The position numbers were made by a program, and so were the translations under genes. DNA of 63,772 nt, the filler included, from Platydemus manokwari (Eukaryota), in NCBI GenBank assembly GCA_037951405.1. It is 6 parts of 6 records of this genome, joined end to end, with 100 filler letters (N's around TTAATTAATTAA, not from the genome) between each part and the next. Parts side by side here need not be neighbours in the genome. Positions count along the whole stretch, not along the records: positions 1 to 14,102 come from JBBMOY011531411.1; positions 14,203 to 23,644 come from JBBMOY011249208.1; positions 23,745 to 32,583 come from JBBMOY011341427.1; 3 more parts are not named here. One strand, given 5' to 3'. Positions 12,502 to 27,520 of this stretch are shown here, in pieces. Every line of letters starts with the position of its first letter. Position 1 is the first letter of the stretch. Below the pieces are notes generated by a model. That model made no database searches. It was not told the DNA's origin and was given only the letters and a program-made list of their open reading frames with translations.

Positions 12502-13279
12502 TAAATCAGAATTTATTAAAATTTTCCAATATTTCTTTATTAATATTCCTATTCCTATCCATTAATGCTGAACATTTTAATGATCTTCTTCTTATACATT
12601 CTATTTCGGCCAATTATTATGCAAATCTCAGCGTAATTCTTGATCAACACTAATTATTTACTCATTTATCTCATTTGTTCTGATTTCAATTCCTTTTCTA
12701 TTCTCAATTCTCATTTTCTGATTTCATTGCTATTATTTTATAGTTATGATTTCTATTGTCCTAATTTATTCATCTTGTATGGCTTGATCATCCATTACTT
12801 TATTTGATCATATCTCTAAAACTATTTTTGTACTTTCCAGGAGTTTAGACTCTCCAACTTTCTTACCTCTTTGGTCCTCCAAAGTTTGCATATTTCTTCC
12901 CTCATTTCTTGACCTCATTCATTAAACATATTGGAACTTACATCCTGTCACTCAATCTACTGCTTGAGCTATTAATGTTCTTTTGAATTCTTTAAATATA
13001 TACCTCATAACTCTTCAAACAATTTGTGCTAACTTTGTCTGCCATGTAATTCTCGATAATGGTTTATCAGATCTGGGTTTTTAAGACAATTTATTCAGAT
13101 CTATTTTTCAACAAATTAATAAATATTTGTTTTGCAGAATTATTAATGAGATATTAAATAAAAATCTCACTAAATTGCTTATATTTTCTCCATAATCAGT
13201 ATTAAGATTAAATTTATTTCGACGACCAATTGGTCTACCAGGTTTAGTTTCAAGAATGTTTGCTGAATAAGGCAATTCT
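12106..13279 (-). other. Putative spliced gene or pseudogene fragment of unknown product
   Basis: Phase-compatible AG/GT-bounded segments 13279-13171 (ELPYSANILETKPGRPIGRR...), 12418-12374 (MYQNLYQHLRQNANK) and 12322-12106 (one internal TAA). Confidence 0.35.
12425..13100 (-). mobile_element. Degenerate non-LTR (RTE-like) 3' remnant with (AAT)n tail
   Basis: Purine-rich decayed coding-like DNA ending in an (AAT)n microsatellite, lying between two putative exons. Confidence 0.3.
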
Positions 13280-14102
13280 CTGCAATTATAGAATCATTAT
13301 TATCTACCATATCATGATTATTATTATAATTATAATTATTGTGGAGTACAAATCTAAATGTGAAAATCATAAAATAGAAAATATAAATAAAAACAAAAAA
13401 ATTCTTTGATAAGGTTCATGTTTTCTTTAGTTGGATTTTGTCCTAATAAATCACCTATTTTAATGTCCTTTATTTCAGGCAAAGTCAGTCATTAGATACA
13501 ATTAAAGACTTTAGCGGGAAACTCGGAGAGTCTTTGTCTTATCAAATGTGAACAATAGTTTTAAGAAAAATAAGACACATTTGGTATAAACATAAAATCA
13601 ATGCCTTTATCCTTTTCAAAATCATTAAAGACAAAGATAATTTTGCCATTTAAGCAAACTGCTGTCGGTCATTAATACACAGAAAATAGCAGGAATAAAA
13701 ATACAAAGCAAATATATTGATCTAAGCACAAAAGTGTCTGAACCGTCGACCCTTTCATTGGTTTATAAATATTCAAGCACAAAATTGTAGAATCAAAAGA
13801 ATTGCGATTTGTATTGTTATCAAGAATATAATGAGATAATTCAAACGCTTGTGAGGCTGTCTCTTATCAAACTGATTCAAAACAATCTAATAGACTTTTT
13901 CTGTTTCATTAATTATTAAGAACAAAGTAAGTTATTTATTGATTTGTGAAATCAAACCGGATTATCAGTAATAAGATTGTGTTTATTTCATTAAATAATT
14001 AACGCTAAAATTCCTACAAATATTTCATGTCAACTCCATGACTACAGCGAGGAACATTGTTTATAAAATAGGGCAATTCATGAACAGTGTTAACGATAAA
14101 TA

Positions 14103-14202
14103 NNNNNNNNNNNNNNNNNNNNNNNNNNNNNNNNNNNNNNNNNNNNTTAATTAATTAANNNNNNNNNNNNNNNNNNNNNNNNNNNNNNNNNNNNNNNNNN
14201 NN
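14103..14202. other. Artificial contig spacer
   Basis: N44-TTAATTAATTAA-N44 (stops in all six frames). Confidence 0.99.
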
Positions 14203-16544
14203 ATATTAAGAACAACAAGCAGTTCCAAAGATTGTATTGCTAACAGAAATTAGAAAAGACGTGGTGTAGTTATATCAATAATTTTTATTCCAATGTAAGA
14301 ATGCAATGATACTTAATTTAGAGATATGAAAAAAAATTCAAATTGTCTGTCACTGATAAAATCATCCATAAATATGACATATTTTATTAACAATATATTT
14401 CCACCATTTATACTTATTTTGGGACAAAAGATATAACTGTCGCTACTATTTGAAAGATAAACTCCTAAGGACACAATCTTTTACCTACTATCATGAATAC
14501 ATTAGTTGTTTTTATTATCTATTATTATTGATGAATCGAAAAGTAAGATCTTGATGAATTACTGATACTGTCTTATTTACATCTATTCATTTTTTATGAG
14601 TCGGATAATTAGTGAAAATCTCTAACCCAATCACCACCATCAGTTATAATTCGCTCATTTATCTCAAAATCCATTGGTGGTAATTCATTGTGTGTAATAC
14701 CTTGTTATTCTGCACCGAATTAAAATCTCACAACCAATAACTTGGAATAATTTAGAAATATCAGAAATCCATGTTAAACAAACAAAATAATTTTTATGCT
14801 TTTAAATTCAATGGTTGTCAGTGAGAACTGCCTAACCCCAATATGTATACAAGCATAAATAAAAGACAATTCAGTTGTTTTATTGAATAGTACGGAATTG
14901 ATTTAATACAAAATTCAACCGAGGTTATTTCAGTTGCTAGATAAGAATGGTAAAATATTATGTAAAAATCCAAAAAATTCTAAAAGCAACTATATCACAA
15001 CTTCATTATTTTATTGGCTTAAAATGTGACTTATGAAGTTAATTCGGCTTAAATTTTAATAATTCTTATCAGACTCGGTTTGTACATGTAAAATAAGTTC
15101 ACAATGGGGGATAAGTTTTCAAGAAATAGACTAGATTAATCGATAATACAAATATTCACATGGCTATGTATACGAAACCGTTCTAGAATACATCACTTGA
15201 GAATCAATTTTTATAGATTGTAGCTTGAGATAAATTTTTCATAACCAAGAAAATATATCTCATACTCTTATTACTTTATAAACTCTTTAAACTACACCAA
15301 TTGGGTCCAACTTAATGGCATTTTATATAGTTTTGTAATCAGCTTATAAAGATTTGTATCGTAAATAAAATTATTTTAGATTTATTTGGGTATTTTTAAG
15401 AGTTGTGTCACTAAATAATACCGAAGTGCTCCGTTGTTGAATACATGACATCAATATTAGATCTCGAGTATTATGGATTACAATTCTGATACGAATTTCA
15501 TGAAATATTGAATGCATTGTTGGCGGAGCTTCTTTAACAAATTTTTTTAAACAATTCATTCAATATTTCTATTAATTAACCCTAAAACCATTATAAAAAG
15601 TTATGTCATATGAATATTAATCTATGATTGATTTACTTTCTCATCATTCGATGCACTCAAGTTGGATGATGAACCATAAATCTCCCATTCATTACTGGGC
15701 ATGTAGTCAGCATAGTCAATGTAATTTTCCGATATATTATCGTTTGACCACCAAGTTATATCTAATTTTGTGTTGTCATAAGCCAAAGATCCGAATTCCA
15801 ATTTACAATTCTATTTAATGAGATTATAAATAAACTATATCAACAACGGATACCTACCTGAGTATCAAAGGGAAAATAGGTGATTTCAACAGAGCATGAA
15901 CTCTTGTACAATGATTGTGGGACCCACAAAACCAAGCCAGTGCTAAAGATTGTAAGTCGACATGCTCTTCGGTCCTCACTTCGTTCGTCAGCACTGAAAT
16001 TTGTATATTTTAATCCAGTACTAGAATATTATTTTATGTACTTTACATTCAACACAACACGATAAACAAGAAATACCACCATGAAATATTAATTATACGT
16101 ATTATATTTCTCCAGGATTTTACATTATTATTCTTGTTTTTAGAAAGGTGTTGAAATCGACTGTTTATTTATTTAATTTACTGAAAAAACTTTGCACTTT
16201 TCATTAGAATTTCTTAAATTTTGCATTCAAAATTGATAAGTTTTGACAGAAATGGTCATAAACATTTTCCATTTCTTACATCAGCATTTTTTAGAAAGAC
16301 AAACACAATTACATTATAAATACAAAACAATATTTCTCGTGTAAACTGAGAAGGATGTATTCAAACTTTAATAACTACTTAAAATAAATATAATTCTTAA
16401 GTCTATATAATTAGGAGTTACATAGTTTCACAAGTTAAGACTTTCTGATTTACAATTTTGTTAATATTCTCCAATTGATCAATATTATTTAGATGCTGGG
16501 TAACAATTAACAATAAAACTTGAAAATTATATTAAAAATACAAT

Positions 16545-16820
16545 ATCACAAACTCGATTGTGAACAGATACACTCAAAACCGTGTCAAAAATCAATAACC
16601 AATTAACGTGCAAAGCGGGATCAACACATGAAAGTCAAAGACAGAATAGAAAACAATCAAAAAGACTTGCTGCTGAAAATCACGTAAAAGTCAAGATATT
16701 ACCAACCAAACAGGACTGATGGCGACTCATAGAACTCAACCTCTTTTATAAACCTATTGGGTGTGTCTCATTGATTTCACGGATCTTCGTTTTTTATTGG
16801 TTGAATTCGTTCGAACATGG
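16545..16820 (-). repeat. Second copy of dispersed repeat family A
   Basis: Shares collinear blocks (CAATA.G..TATAAAA, TTTTACGTG, AGTCTT, AATCGAGTTT) with 9741-10048. Confidence 0.55.
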
Positions 16821-19158
16821 ATATACTAATGATTCTCCTTGTATTTCTTATGTCATTGACAGATATCTGATTTTGCTGCTATTTGTTGGTATGTGACTGT
16901 TGATTTTTAAATTCTAAATATGGATTAGCATTTGAAAGAATTTGATTGGCTGTTGGCACATGTGTTTATCGGATCTGTGTGTGCTAACCCTGGTTTCTGC
17001 AAACATTTTGGATGATTTTGTGACCTATCCAACATAAAAATGAAAATTAGTTATCATTCATTGAAGGTTCGCTTATTTGTGGATACCGTGTTTGTGCTTT
17101 CTATATGATTCCAATCGATTGAGTTTAGCAATTTAAACTTTTACACTGTTTACAGAAGCTAAGGTTAAAATATTTGTTATTTGTTAACAGTTGCTGAAGT
17201 ATTGTTACAGAAGCTTCTTCTAGTCGCATCATGTACCAACGTAATTCTACTTTAGGGTGTAAATAAATACAAATAATTTATATAAAACAATACTAGATAA
17301 AAAATGTGGGAATGTGTGTGCGATCCACAGAAATTATCAGGCGTATCACCATTCGCACAAATCAACTTTTATCGCATTCAGGGCAAATCTCCCATTATAT
17401 TATAGGTTATATTAATAATTTAATGAATAAATAAAATTTAATGAAATAATAAAATGTTTCATTAAAAATAAATACCAGACAATAGAAAGTTTACAATAAA
17501 CAATATTCAAATAAACCAGTGTCATAAAAATTTTAGCAAAAAATAAATAAAAAGCTGTTTCAATCAAAACTTTACAATGCCGCTTCTTCAAGCGACGGAA
17601 AATTAATAATAATACCAATGAAATTTATTCATATTCTCTCATTAAACAATCAAAGAAAATCGCCAGTGTGTAAATTTGGTGATTTTAAATTACAAATTCA
17701 TTACACGATTTAATTTTTCTTTACTAACCACTTGAACAACAAAAACCGAGTATTATCTTCAAGTGAACAGATTATTTATTTTATAAATTGCATTCCACAT
17801 TCAAGAAATCATTGCTTTTCGATTTACTGACGATTTAAATTGAGTCTCATTCTAATTGACTCGCTTATTCATTAGTATAAAATCTGAATAAGAACTCTGA
17901 AACAATTGTTTTCCAAAATCGATTCATATTCTTATAATAAATATTCACTACAAAAACGAAATAAACATTAAACAAATCGCTAAACTGTTAGCGTCACAGC
18001 TCATCAGAAATTCATTCATTTCAGAAAAAATAGCCTGAAACTAGAGTTGAATTTTAAAAAAATTTGTTTTTATCGATATTTACAATCGATTCAGTAATTT
18101 TGAATGAAACTCAAACAATATCAATTCATTTTATTTTCTAACAAAATGTGCCAAATTTATTCGAAACACTTTACTCCCAGACTATATTTCAGGTCGAAGT
18201 TGAAAATTATATGAAATAGAAAATGATATTTGGATAAATATATTTTCAAATATCGGTTTGATAGCCTGTAGGATATGAAATTAAAATTATGTATATTTTA
18301 TCATTTATTATACGACAAATAAATTTTTAAGGTTTGCAGGTACTATATGAATGCATATATTATTATTAAATAACAAAGAAAATGTTAGAAAACAATCATA
18401 ACATTAATTATTATTGCCACTAATTGGATCGGAAATAGTATTTTCAATCACAAAATGTCAGAAATGTTTTAGGTCAAATTTAACTGCTATAGTATTCTTG
18501 TATTTCAAAATGATTTTATTAATCATAACAGATTTAGAGAGTGCTTGAATTAAGTATTGTTTGTTACTGGTTTTGTATTTTCTGTTTGTAATTCTGTTAT
18601 CCTTACTGAGATCAGTTGATGAATTAAAGAAAACGTAGGTTTGACCTTATTTCGTTATAATTAATTTTCGATTATGATTTGATTTTATAATTTAATTTTC
18701 TATTATAATTTTATAGTATTTTTATATTAAATTTTAATTTTAAAAAATAATTTAAATTTTAGAGGAACATTTAATATCTAACCAGAATAATGTTGATAAT
18801 ATACAGTGTATGTCATTTGTGACCCATTTCTTTGTGTGTCATCATAATGCACACATTATTATGAAGGTCGGTATACAAGCAATTACTGAAAAGTTGCAAT
18901 TTATTTAATTTTATTGAAGATTTTTAAATCAGTTTCAGTTTTTATTATTTTTTTTAATTTAATCTTTAGAGATATAAAATATGTGATTTTCATTTATTGT
19001 CATGATTTTAGCCAAGTCATAAAATAAAATTTTAAACCTCAAGCACAAACCGACGAAAAAGATGCAAAAATCTAAAAACACTTATTTGGTTGAAATTATT
19101 CAGGCTCAATTTCTTTTACGAATGAAGACATTGATATCACTCAAATTATCCTTTAGAT

Positions 19159-19838
19159 CAGTGGTTTTCAAACTTTTTGCTGGAGAGGAACATCACGGAA
19201 ACATTCTTCTGGCTCGAAGAACCACTGCGCAATAATTTAATTGTTTTATGTTGAAAATAACATTTATTTTTAATTATATAATAAAATTAATTATGTTTAG
19301 AGTATTGTACACGCTAGTTAATGAAATGAAAGCAAAACTGAAAAGGCTAAATTTATTCTCATCAAAAACTCAGTGGCAAATTTTAGCCTGGTGTTCTTTG
19401 CAAAACTCTTGGATTCAATCGTGTTTTTGACAGACACACGAAGTTCATCTTCCACATACTTGCACGCTTCTTGTGTTTGATGGTTGTCAGAGTTGAAAAT
19501 CCAAATTCACACAAATATGAGGTTGAAAATTGCACAAGAAGTCGTAGCGCTTTATGGGCAATTGCAGGATATTCCAATTCAACCAGCATCCAAAATTTAT
19601 AAAAGCAAACCTAATAATGGTAGAACAAAGTGATCTTTCAAATATATCGAGTTTAATTATGTTAAATTTAGTATGTTTAAACAGTAAATAATAATAAAAA
19701 ATAATAATGAAATAATAATAAAATAGATTTTTGAAATTGAATTTAACATGTTGTTTATTTGTTCGTTGTCTAATTTAGAAATTTAGAAATGGAGGAACTC
19801 TTGGAGTGTACTGGTGGAACCCTGGTTGAACACCACTG
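19159..19838 (-). mobile_element. Internally deleted hAT Charlie/Buster element
   Basis: TIRs CAGTGGTTTTCAA / TTGAACACCACTG and TSD CTTTAGAT / TTTTAGAT. It retains the hAT dimerisation fragment EYPAIAHKALRLLVQFSTSYLCEFGFSTL (19383-19589). Confidence 0.92.
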
Positions 19839-22800
19839 TTTTAGATTATCAAAAAAATTCTCAAAATCAAAATTCCATGCAAAGTTTTCCAAAAAATTTT
19901 CTAAATTATAAACTTCTCTTTCTCAGTCATGTTTCTTGTTGAATGATCATGGTTAATCGAATTTATATATGGAATTCAAAGAATGAGGTTTGAAATTATT
20001 AAATAACAATTTATACCAATACGATGGATCGCAAATTAAAGACTATTTTGTCAATGAACATCATCTCTATCATCTCTGAAAGCTAAGTAATTTCTCGTGA
20101 TTTTCTTTGCTAAGGAGCTTTTAGGCTAAAATTCATTTGAAAAATCAGACTAGGAAACTTAACCTGATGTAAATATTCCAACTGACGAAGCACTTTATAT
20201 GGTAAATAGTGATATGTTGATAAGTGGGACTTAGATGACTATTGTAAGATTTTGGATAAACGATAAATTCGGACTTACCCATTTACAAATATTACGCAAT
20301 ACGTTATATTTTGATATTATCTTTATCTTCTAAGTGTTTGACTCTAAGTTTGCCACACTTCAGTTTTGGACTGTTCATAAGAAATAATCATGAGATTGAT
20401 AAATTTTGTGCCTTGATAAATAATCTAAAATTTAGAGTTTAATTTTTCTATAAATTCTTTACAATTTCTCTGAAAATTATTTTTTAATTTTTCATTAGGT
20501 CATTTGTTAGAGCACTCATGTGACTCCAAGGAAGTTTATACTAAAAAGTTGAAGGACAAAATAGAATTGTTAGACAAAGTTATTATTCTAATCACAACAA
20601 TTATTTGATATTTGATTTGAATATTTTAAATCTTTATCTATCCGATTCTATGAATTTCATGAAAATTTTATAGAAGTTTTCTACTAAATATTTTCTTGTA
20701 ATGTCTATATTGATTTTAATTGTAAATTTAGATATCAAATTTTCTCTTCAAGATAAGAATTTGTGAAATATTATCTATAAACGAATGTTTCATTAAGCTT
20801 GGATTCATGCAAGTCAAGTGATATAGGAAAACTGAAGTGAGATAGAGTTTTCATTAATATCAGGTATTTAATTTCGAAATTTATCATTTATGATTGAATT
20901 GAAATAAAATAAAAATTTAAAAACACCCAAAAATTTCATGGTTAACTAATACAAACACTTACAAGTTATAAAGCATAATATCGGGAGTCCAGATGTAATC
21001 AGGATAAACTCGAACGCTGCTTATATTTGCATAAGCTTTTGGATCCCATTGCAACAATGAATCTTTCCATCTCTATTTAAAATGGTAATTAATTGATATA
21101 GCTTAGATTATTATCATTAAATATGTTTATAATTCTCGGATGAATGAAACTTCTATTCTACCAGAATTTATATAATAAGAATAACTGTTGCAAAAAGTGC
21201 AAGAAGTAAAAAAGAATAAAATGATTAAGGAAAAAATAAACATTATAAAGATTTTTCAAATTTTCAAATAAAAAATTACGATAGAGATTAAAATCCTATA
21301 AATTATCATAGTGGAAGATACAATGATATCGAACCAGAAAAATGAAAACCACTAAATTGTAAAAATATAGTTGAGTTGAGAAATTGTGAGTCAATCTGCA
21401 TATTTCTAAATGGCACGTTCGAGATTCTAACCGGATATTGTTGAGTAGTGTAGATTACAAAATCGATTTATCTGATCATTATATGTTAATATTGATAACG
21501 ACGCTAATGATTGCTTTAATAGTATTGAGATATGAATGTGAGGTTAAGGAAAATCGAAATGAAAAAGAAATTAGAAATAAATACATAAGAAAAAGCGACA
21601 ATCAATATTACCATGATATTAATAATATTATATAAATAAATCAAGATATAATTATAATAATATACAGAACATTCAAGGCGAACCTCTCATACATTTATTT
21701 CATAAATATTCCCACTTAAATTTTTTTGATTTTCTCAAGATATTTTTTTAAATAACAATACCTATTTATTCTATTTTTTGCATAACCTATGAAAATCTTC
21801 TCCGTATTTTCTTAATTCTCTTACATGCCTCCCTGTGATTCATCTTTTAAGAAATGAATCCAAATTATTCGTCGCATATTTTATAATGCAAGCACTGAAA
21901 ATGAATCGAAGGGTCACACACATAAATATATTAACGAAATTTTTCATATTTTTTTAAAATATTTTAATTTTTAAATTTAATTCATTTTCAAATCCTCACA
22001 AAACCTATTTTAAGAATGGGATGAAGCACTTATTTTGAGATGTTGAGCTTCTTTTATGCACTCTCCCATATGAAAGCATATCTCATTTCAATCACAACAT
22101 TAGCAGCTTTGCCAGGCTTGTTGCCGTAATTGTTATCTCAACATTTTATTTGTACATTTTCTTCAACATTTCCGTTTAATTCATATCTCTCAGTTAAATA
22201 ATAAATTGAATTCCTATAGATTTGTCTCTGGTAAAAATCTTCAAAAATCGCGTGCTAATTTGCTACAATTTCCTGTTTTTATAAATTTTCCTTGCAATAA
22301 ATTCCCATAGCTTAGTGGCAAAATACGAATTGGAAAAGACACAAACTAATAAGATATGCAACACTCAAAAGTATTTGTATTTGTTAAGTTAATAGACCTA
22401 AATATATGTATTAGATTCCGAAAATTTGGATTAAAATCTAAATAATATCATGGTGTTCGATGCTATAATTATAAAACAGATTCATTCGTTAATTAAGACA
22501 ATTAGATTTCTTTTTTTTACCTCTGTTGTATGAGATCAGATATGTTTATCAACTGAAAATTGATACAATTTTAAATTTCTTCAGGCATAAAAATCGAAGA
22601 TTAAGACTTTGTATAGCGAAATTCATTATGAGAACATGAAAAATTCATATACGAATTCATCAGACAGTAGCTGTCACACACTTGTCAAACCATAATGATA
22701 TTTATTAGAAAATATGTTGAAAAAAGATACTGTTTAATTAACAGCCCTTAATTTATTTGCATTTCGCCATTATGTAAAATTTTGTAAAAATACTGCATTC

Positions 22801-23559
22801 TTCCATATGATATTTCAACTAAAGGAATTCTTCGGCCAATAATATTTATCAATAATTACGTACTGATACTGAAAATATTTGATAAATAGTACTAAAAACA
22901 AACTAAAATAAACGAATAATCTTTTCAATACATCATCGTTCACTATTCAATGTTTTCTATTATCATAAAAACATCGTGCATTACAATGTTAAAGTTGATG
23001 TTTCCGTTGTCTAGTCAGTAGCCATAATAGGAATTAAAAAGCATGGTTAAAAGCCGTTAAATGGTTATTTTAATCAAATATTAAACGGCTATGGTGATAA
23101 ATATCACATAAAATAAATTTATTTTCGATTAGCAATCATAATATCACATCAGTTGAAAATTCCCGGCGGTTACTTAAAGCCAATCATTAATTTTTGAGAA
23201 AGAAGTCCATTTTTTGGAATTACAAGACTCGATTTAATATTATCATTTTATTGATTTCCTTTAGGCTGAAAGTTTTTATATAAACAAATATATATCACAC
23301 CCGTTGGTAAGTGTTCAGATCATTCGGTTATCTTGGAGGTTTCTTATTTCTCTCGTCAACGTTTGGTGGGTTCCCCTTTTTTGAAACACTATTTCCGTTG
23401 CAGAAATTTAGCGGCTTGTCCATGCTTTCAATGTTTGTATCTTTCTCTGAGATATTATTTCGAATTACTGATTGAAGTTTCTCTGAATGATTTCATTCGT
23501 CTTCTTATTATGTAGCTTTTAAGTCAATGCATTTATTTGTTCTATAACCAAGAAGATAA

Positions 23560-23597
23560 CCACACACACACACACACACACACACTTATATATATAT
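23560..23597. repeat. (CA)n plus (TA)n microsatellite
   Basis: Seen directly. Confidence 0.9.
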
Positions 23598-23644
23598 AAG
23601 TTGTCGAAAAAGTGTCACCCAATTTTATAAGATAAACGAATGTA

Positions 23645-23744
23645 NNNNNNNNNNNNNNNNNNNNNNNNNNNNNNNNNNNNNNNNNNNNTTAATTAATTAA
23701 NNNNNNNNNNNNNNNNNNNNNNNNNNNNNNNNNNNNNNNNNNNN
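23645..23744. other. Artificial contig spacer
   Basis: N44-TTAATTAATTAA-N44. Confidence 0.99.
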
Positions 23745-26549
23745 AAATTATTGTTTAAATGGAATATGATAAATCGATATGGCATTTTGCATAAATATTA
23801 GCTCGACGAATAAATAAATCATGACAGATGACATATACAATACCGATTCATCATTATTACAAATTTTAAAGATCAAAATCGGGATTTGTACTTTTATCGA
23901 TCTATTTAAAATGTTTGTTGAAAAACCTATAGTTTAGAAACTTATTAACGAAATTAATTGAAAAAAAATCAGCGATAAACAATTATATTTCTCTATTTAA
24001 AACATTTTTCATTAAATGTTGATTAATAATTATTAAGTTTAATTTCTGATAAATCATTGAACAGATCTTATCATATGGAATCAATCAATCCCATAACATT
24101 CATCACTATTACGTGATGAACACAATATACTTTTCCAAGCTTGTTTCAAACAAGTATCTCCAGGTTATAGTCATGTGATATTTACGTTATTTCATTTGTC
24201 AATGAGCTATAGCAGACATGCTACTGTCTACTGGTAGTAATAGTCATGCTACATCTCGCTAGTTGAATATGCCATTATACTGGTATTTTATGTTTTTCGT
24301 ATATTCGTTATCCTATTGTTCGACATGACTCTACTCCTTTAAATTTTATTCCTTGGTTACAAAATATCTTGCTGGTTGGTTATTGAAGTAATATATGACC
24401 TAATTGTTCGCATCTTGTTCATCGTTTCTTTGGATTATATCTAGTGGTTGTTCTTTATTTTTATTTGAGTTGAAAAAGGGTAATTTGTTCGAATACATTT
24501 TTGACATTTCCTTTGGTTATTTGCGATAGAACGGGTTTAATTGTACTGAATGGAATTCACATATGTTTGTGGCATTTTCATGCTATAGAATGTGAGACTT
24601 TACTAAGTAGGATCTTTAGCATTGTTAGTACGAGCGTTATTATTGGTTTTTATTATTCCTGGATTTTTTTTTCAGTTTTAATGCTAATTAACTCTTCTTA
24701 AATTTATTTCTATAAGCTTTTTAGGTGAATCTGTAGAAATTATTAGTAATATACATACTTGGGATGATATTAAATAGTGTGCTAATCAGTTTTATGGCTG
24801 AACTTTCACTTTATCTCATCTATGTTCCATCTGGTCCTTTAAATTCACTTGTGAATTCTCTTACTTGATCTAATTATTGCTTTGAACCCGCTTTGAATTT
24901 TTATTTAAAATTCTCGCTTCAATGAAACCAATATAATAAATGGTGCTGAAACACTTAATATGAAAATATTTATAGTGTGTTGTTCTTACTGTGTTAAATA
25001 ATAAATATCCTAGAATAATGATCAACAGAATTTCGAAAGGTTTTGTCTCTTGAATGAAATAGACTGGTTCTTATGTTTTTAAGCTGAGTTCAGATTGGGT
25101 TTTTGAATTTTTACTGGAACTTATCTAGCACGGGTGCCTGAAACTCTGACTATGTATTTAAGGTGAAGAATTGTGAGAAAATAGATTTGTTTATTACTAA
25201 AATCAAGCTTAAACTATTAGTATTAGTAGCAGCATTTGGTGATTTGAGGTACTTATTGCTTAAAAATTTTAGACATCTTAAAAGAAATTCACAAGAATTG
25301 TATTAACTAAATTCTTGGCGCTGTATTTGTGTTGAGATCACGCTATGATCTCAAATAAAAATCTGTACTTCCCTTGTTAGGAAACTTTATGAACGATATT
25401 TGTGACTTACAATTGGAGATTGTATTTGGTATGCAGCATATCTCCTACTTCTAATTGCATACAAAACATTAGCAGGATTTAGCAGTTCATATGATTTGGA
25501 GATTGCCTGAAGATGATGTATTTCATCATTATTTCGTATGAGTAACATTTCTGAGATAAACTTTAAATCCAAAAATCAATAACTTATTCAAATTGCAATC
25601 AATTTAGAGGCTAGCGAGTTATAGTGAAGAACTACTATCTCTAAATTACCATTTAAAAATTGTACTCAGAGATGATAATTATCTTGCTGAATTTCAACAC
25701 CTCGATTATGACCTTCATGTGACTACTTTCAATACATCTCTTTAAAACGACATTTATATTTACAAGCTGATCTAATGATTCAGTACGATAGTTCCAAATA
25801 GCTTGCATATCCACAATTTCGAAATCAGCAACTAGAACCAAAAATATACAAGAAACAATAAGACGACGATGACTACAACGACAAACCAAAATTGACGAGT
25901 GAGCACCACCTAATACAATACTTTCGATTGATGATATCTGTTAACATTATTATTTGATTCGAATTGTGTGACGTAATCGATTTTAATTATGACATATTAT
26001 TATGTTGATTTTTATCTCTGACATCTTTGGTTATATAATCTCTTTCATTATTATATGTTTGCGTTTTTATGATATATTGGATTAGCTCTCAACCTGTTGT
26101 CTAAATCTTGCATCTAATTTTTATTTTCGTGAACGAAAATTTTTTATTGACTAATTTTTTGTTCTGGTTACTAAAATTTTTTGTATTAGAAATGTTTAAA
26201 AATTTGAAAATGTGGTTTTTATTATAATTTTTAATTTATGATCAAAAGCAATTAGTTTTGTTGTTAACCAAGAAATGATTTGTGTCAAAGACTTTTAAGA
26301 ATTATAATATATGTTTTAAAATTAATTTTATAAAATAGAAGCGGATTACAAATGCTAAAAGTATGCGCCATGCAAGTAAAAGCAATTCAGTAATCACCAC
26401 ATGAATTGTTTAAAATAAAAGTAAAATTAATAATAATATTAATGGCAATTTTTATATGGAAATTTTTTATTATAAAGCATAGAAATTGAAAAAGCACAAC
26501 TAAGGCTGTGTTAAAGATTCAATAAGACCCACGACCATAAATTATTGAT

Positions 26550-27520
26550 TTGGTTTCGTCCGAGTCCAATCATTTATTATTCTATTCAAATTATTACCGC
26601 TTACAGCACAATTGTCATGAATCAGTCTCTCATTATTCCCAGAGCTAGCTTTACCACTCATACTGTGTATTTACTTACCTGGCCTAATTTTACTTTGTAT
26701 TTTCATTCAGATATCAATTGAGGACTACTCTCTGAGTAACGATTGGGCAACTGCTCTTACATGCAGAAACAATGTTCCAATTCAATATCAATTATCTATC
26801 AATTACTGTACACGATCTACTCATCATCCAATCATCTCTGGTCATCATCTATATCTGATAAAAATATATCAATATTCGTCCATCCAGCAATATCAACAGT
26901 CATCTTCAATTTCATCAACAAACCTGTAAGCCACTACTATTTTTAAAAATCATTCATTGGAAACGAACTGAAAGGTCACGACATCCAATCATATTTAAAA
27001 ACAAATATTTAAAGAAATAAATTTGATTTATTCAATAAAAATCGCTTTCCTTATTTCCCCACTCAGAAGACCAGATAGTATCTGAGACCCCAACTTCATT
27101 TTGATAATTCAACTGTGACAGTTCTCCGGACCTAGGATCTCCAGCCGTTACACTCAAAATCTCATTCGACGTCACAATTCATTAATCTTTAATAACGTCC
27201 TGGTAAATAGAGCTTAACCAGAAGCTCACCAAAATTCTCTTCAGAAATTACAATTTCGATTTCTCTTAAATATCGCAATTTCTGCATTGAAAGACTCTTT
27301 CTTCAAAAGTCCAAGCCTTAACAACAGTCTACGCCTAAATGACTATTCGATGTCAACAATGCCATTTAATGTGCTGCGAAAATCCTGAATCAAACATAAA
27401 ATTTTCATTTGTTCTCATTTGAAAAAAAAGCATTCCCAAAACTCTGCTGATAAATTTCACACAAGCACATCCAGTCCACTACAATCAACTCAATTCTATC
27501 TGCTCATTTGTCTGCCTTCA
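26550..27520 (+). mobile_element. Degenerate LINE (CR1/L2-like) remnant
   Basis: C/A-rich decayed coding strand with a KP...LNDY RT-proximal motif near 27313-27346. Confidence 0.35.

Noticed and set aside
12347-12565. Poly-Leu/Tyr ORF (and the poly-Ile ORF at 37897-38163)
   Set aside because: Translations of (TTA/ATT)n microsatellites.
15965-15995. Minus-strand CTGACGA...GTGAGGAC.GAA hammerhead-like string
   Set aside because: Stem II does not pair and GAAA is incomplete.
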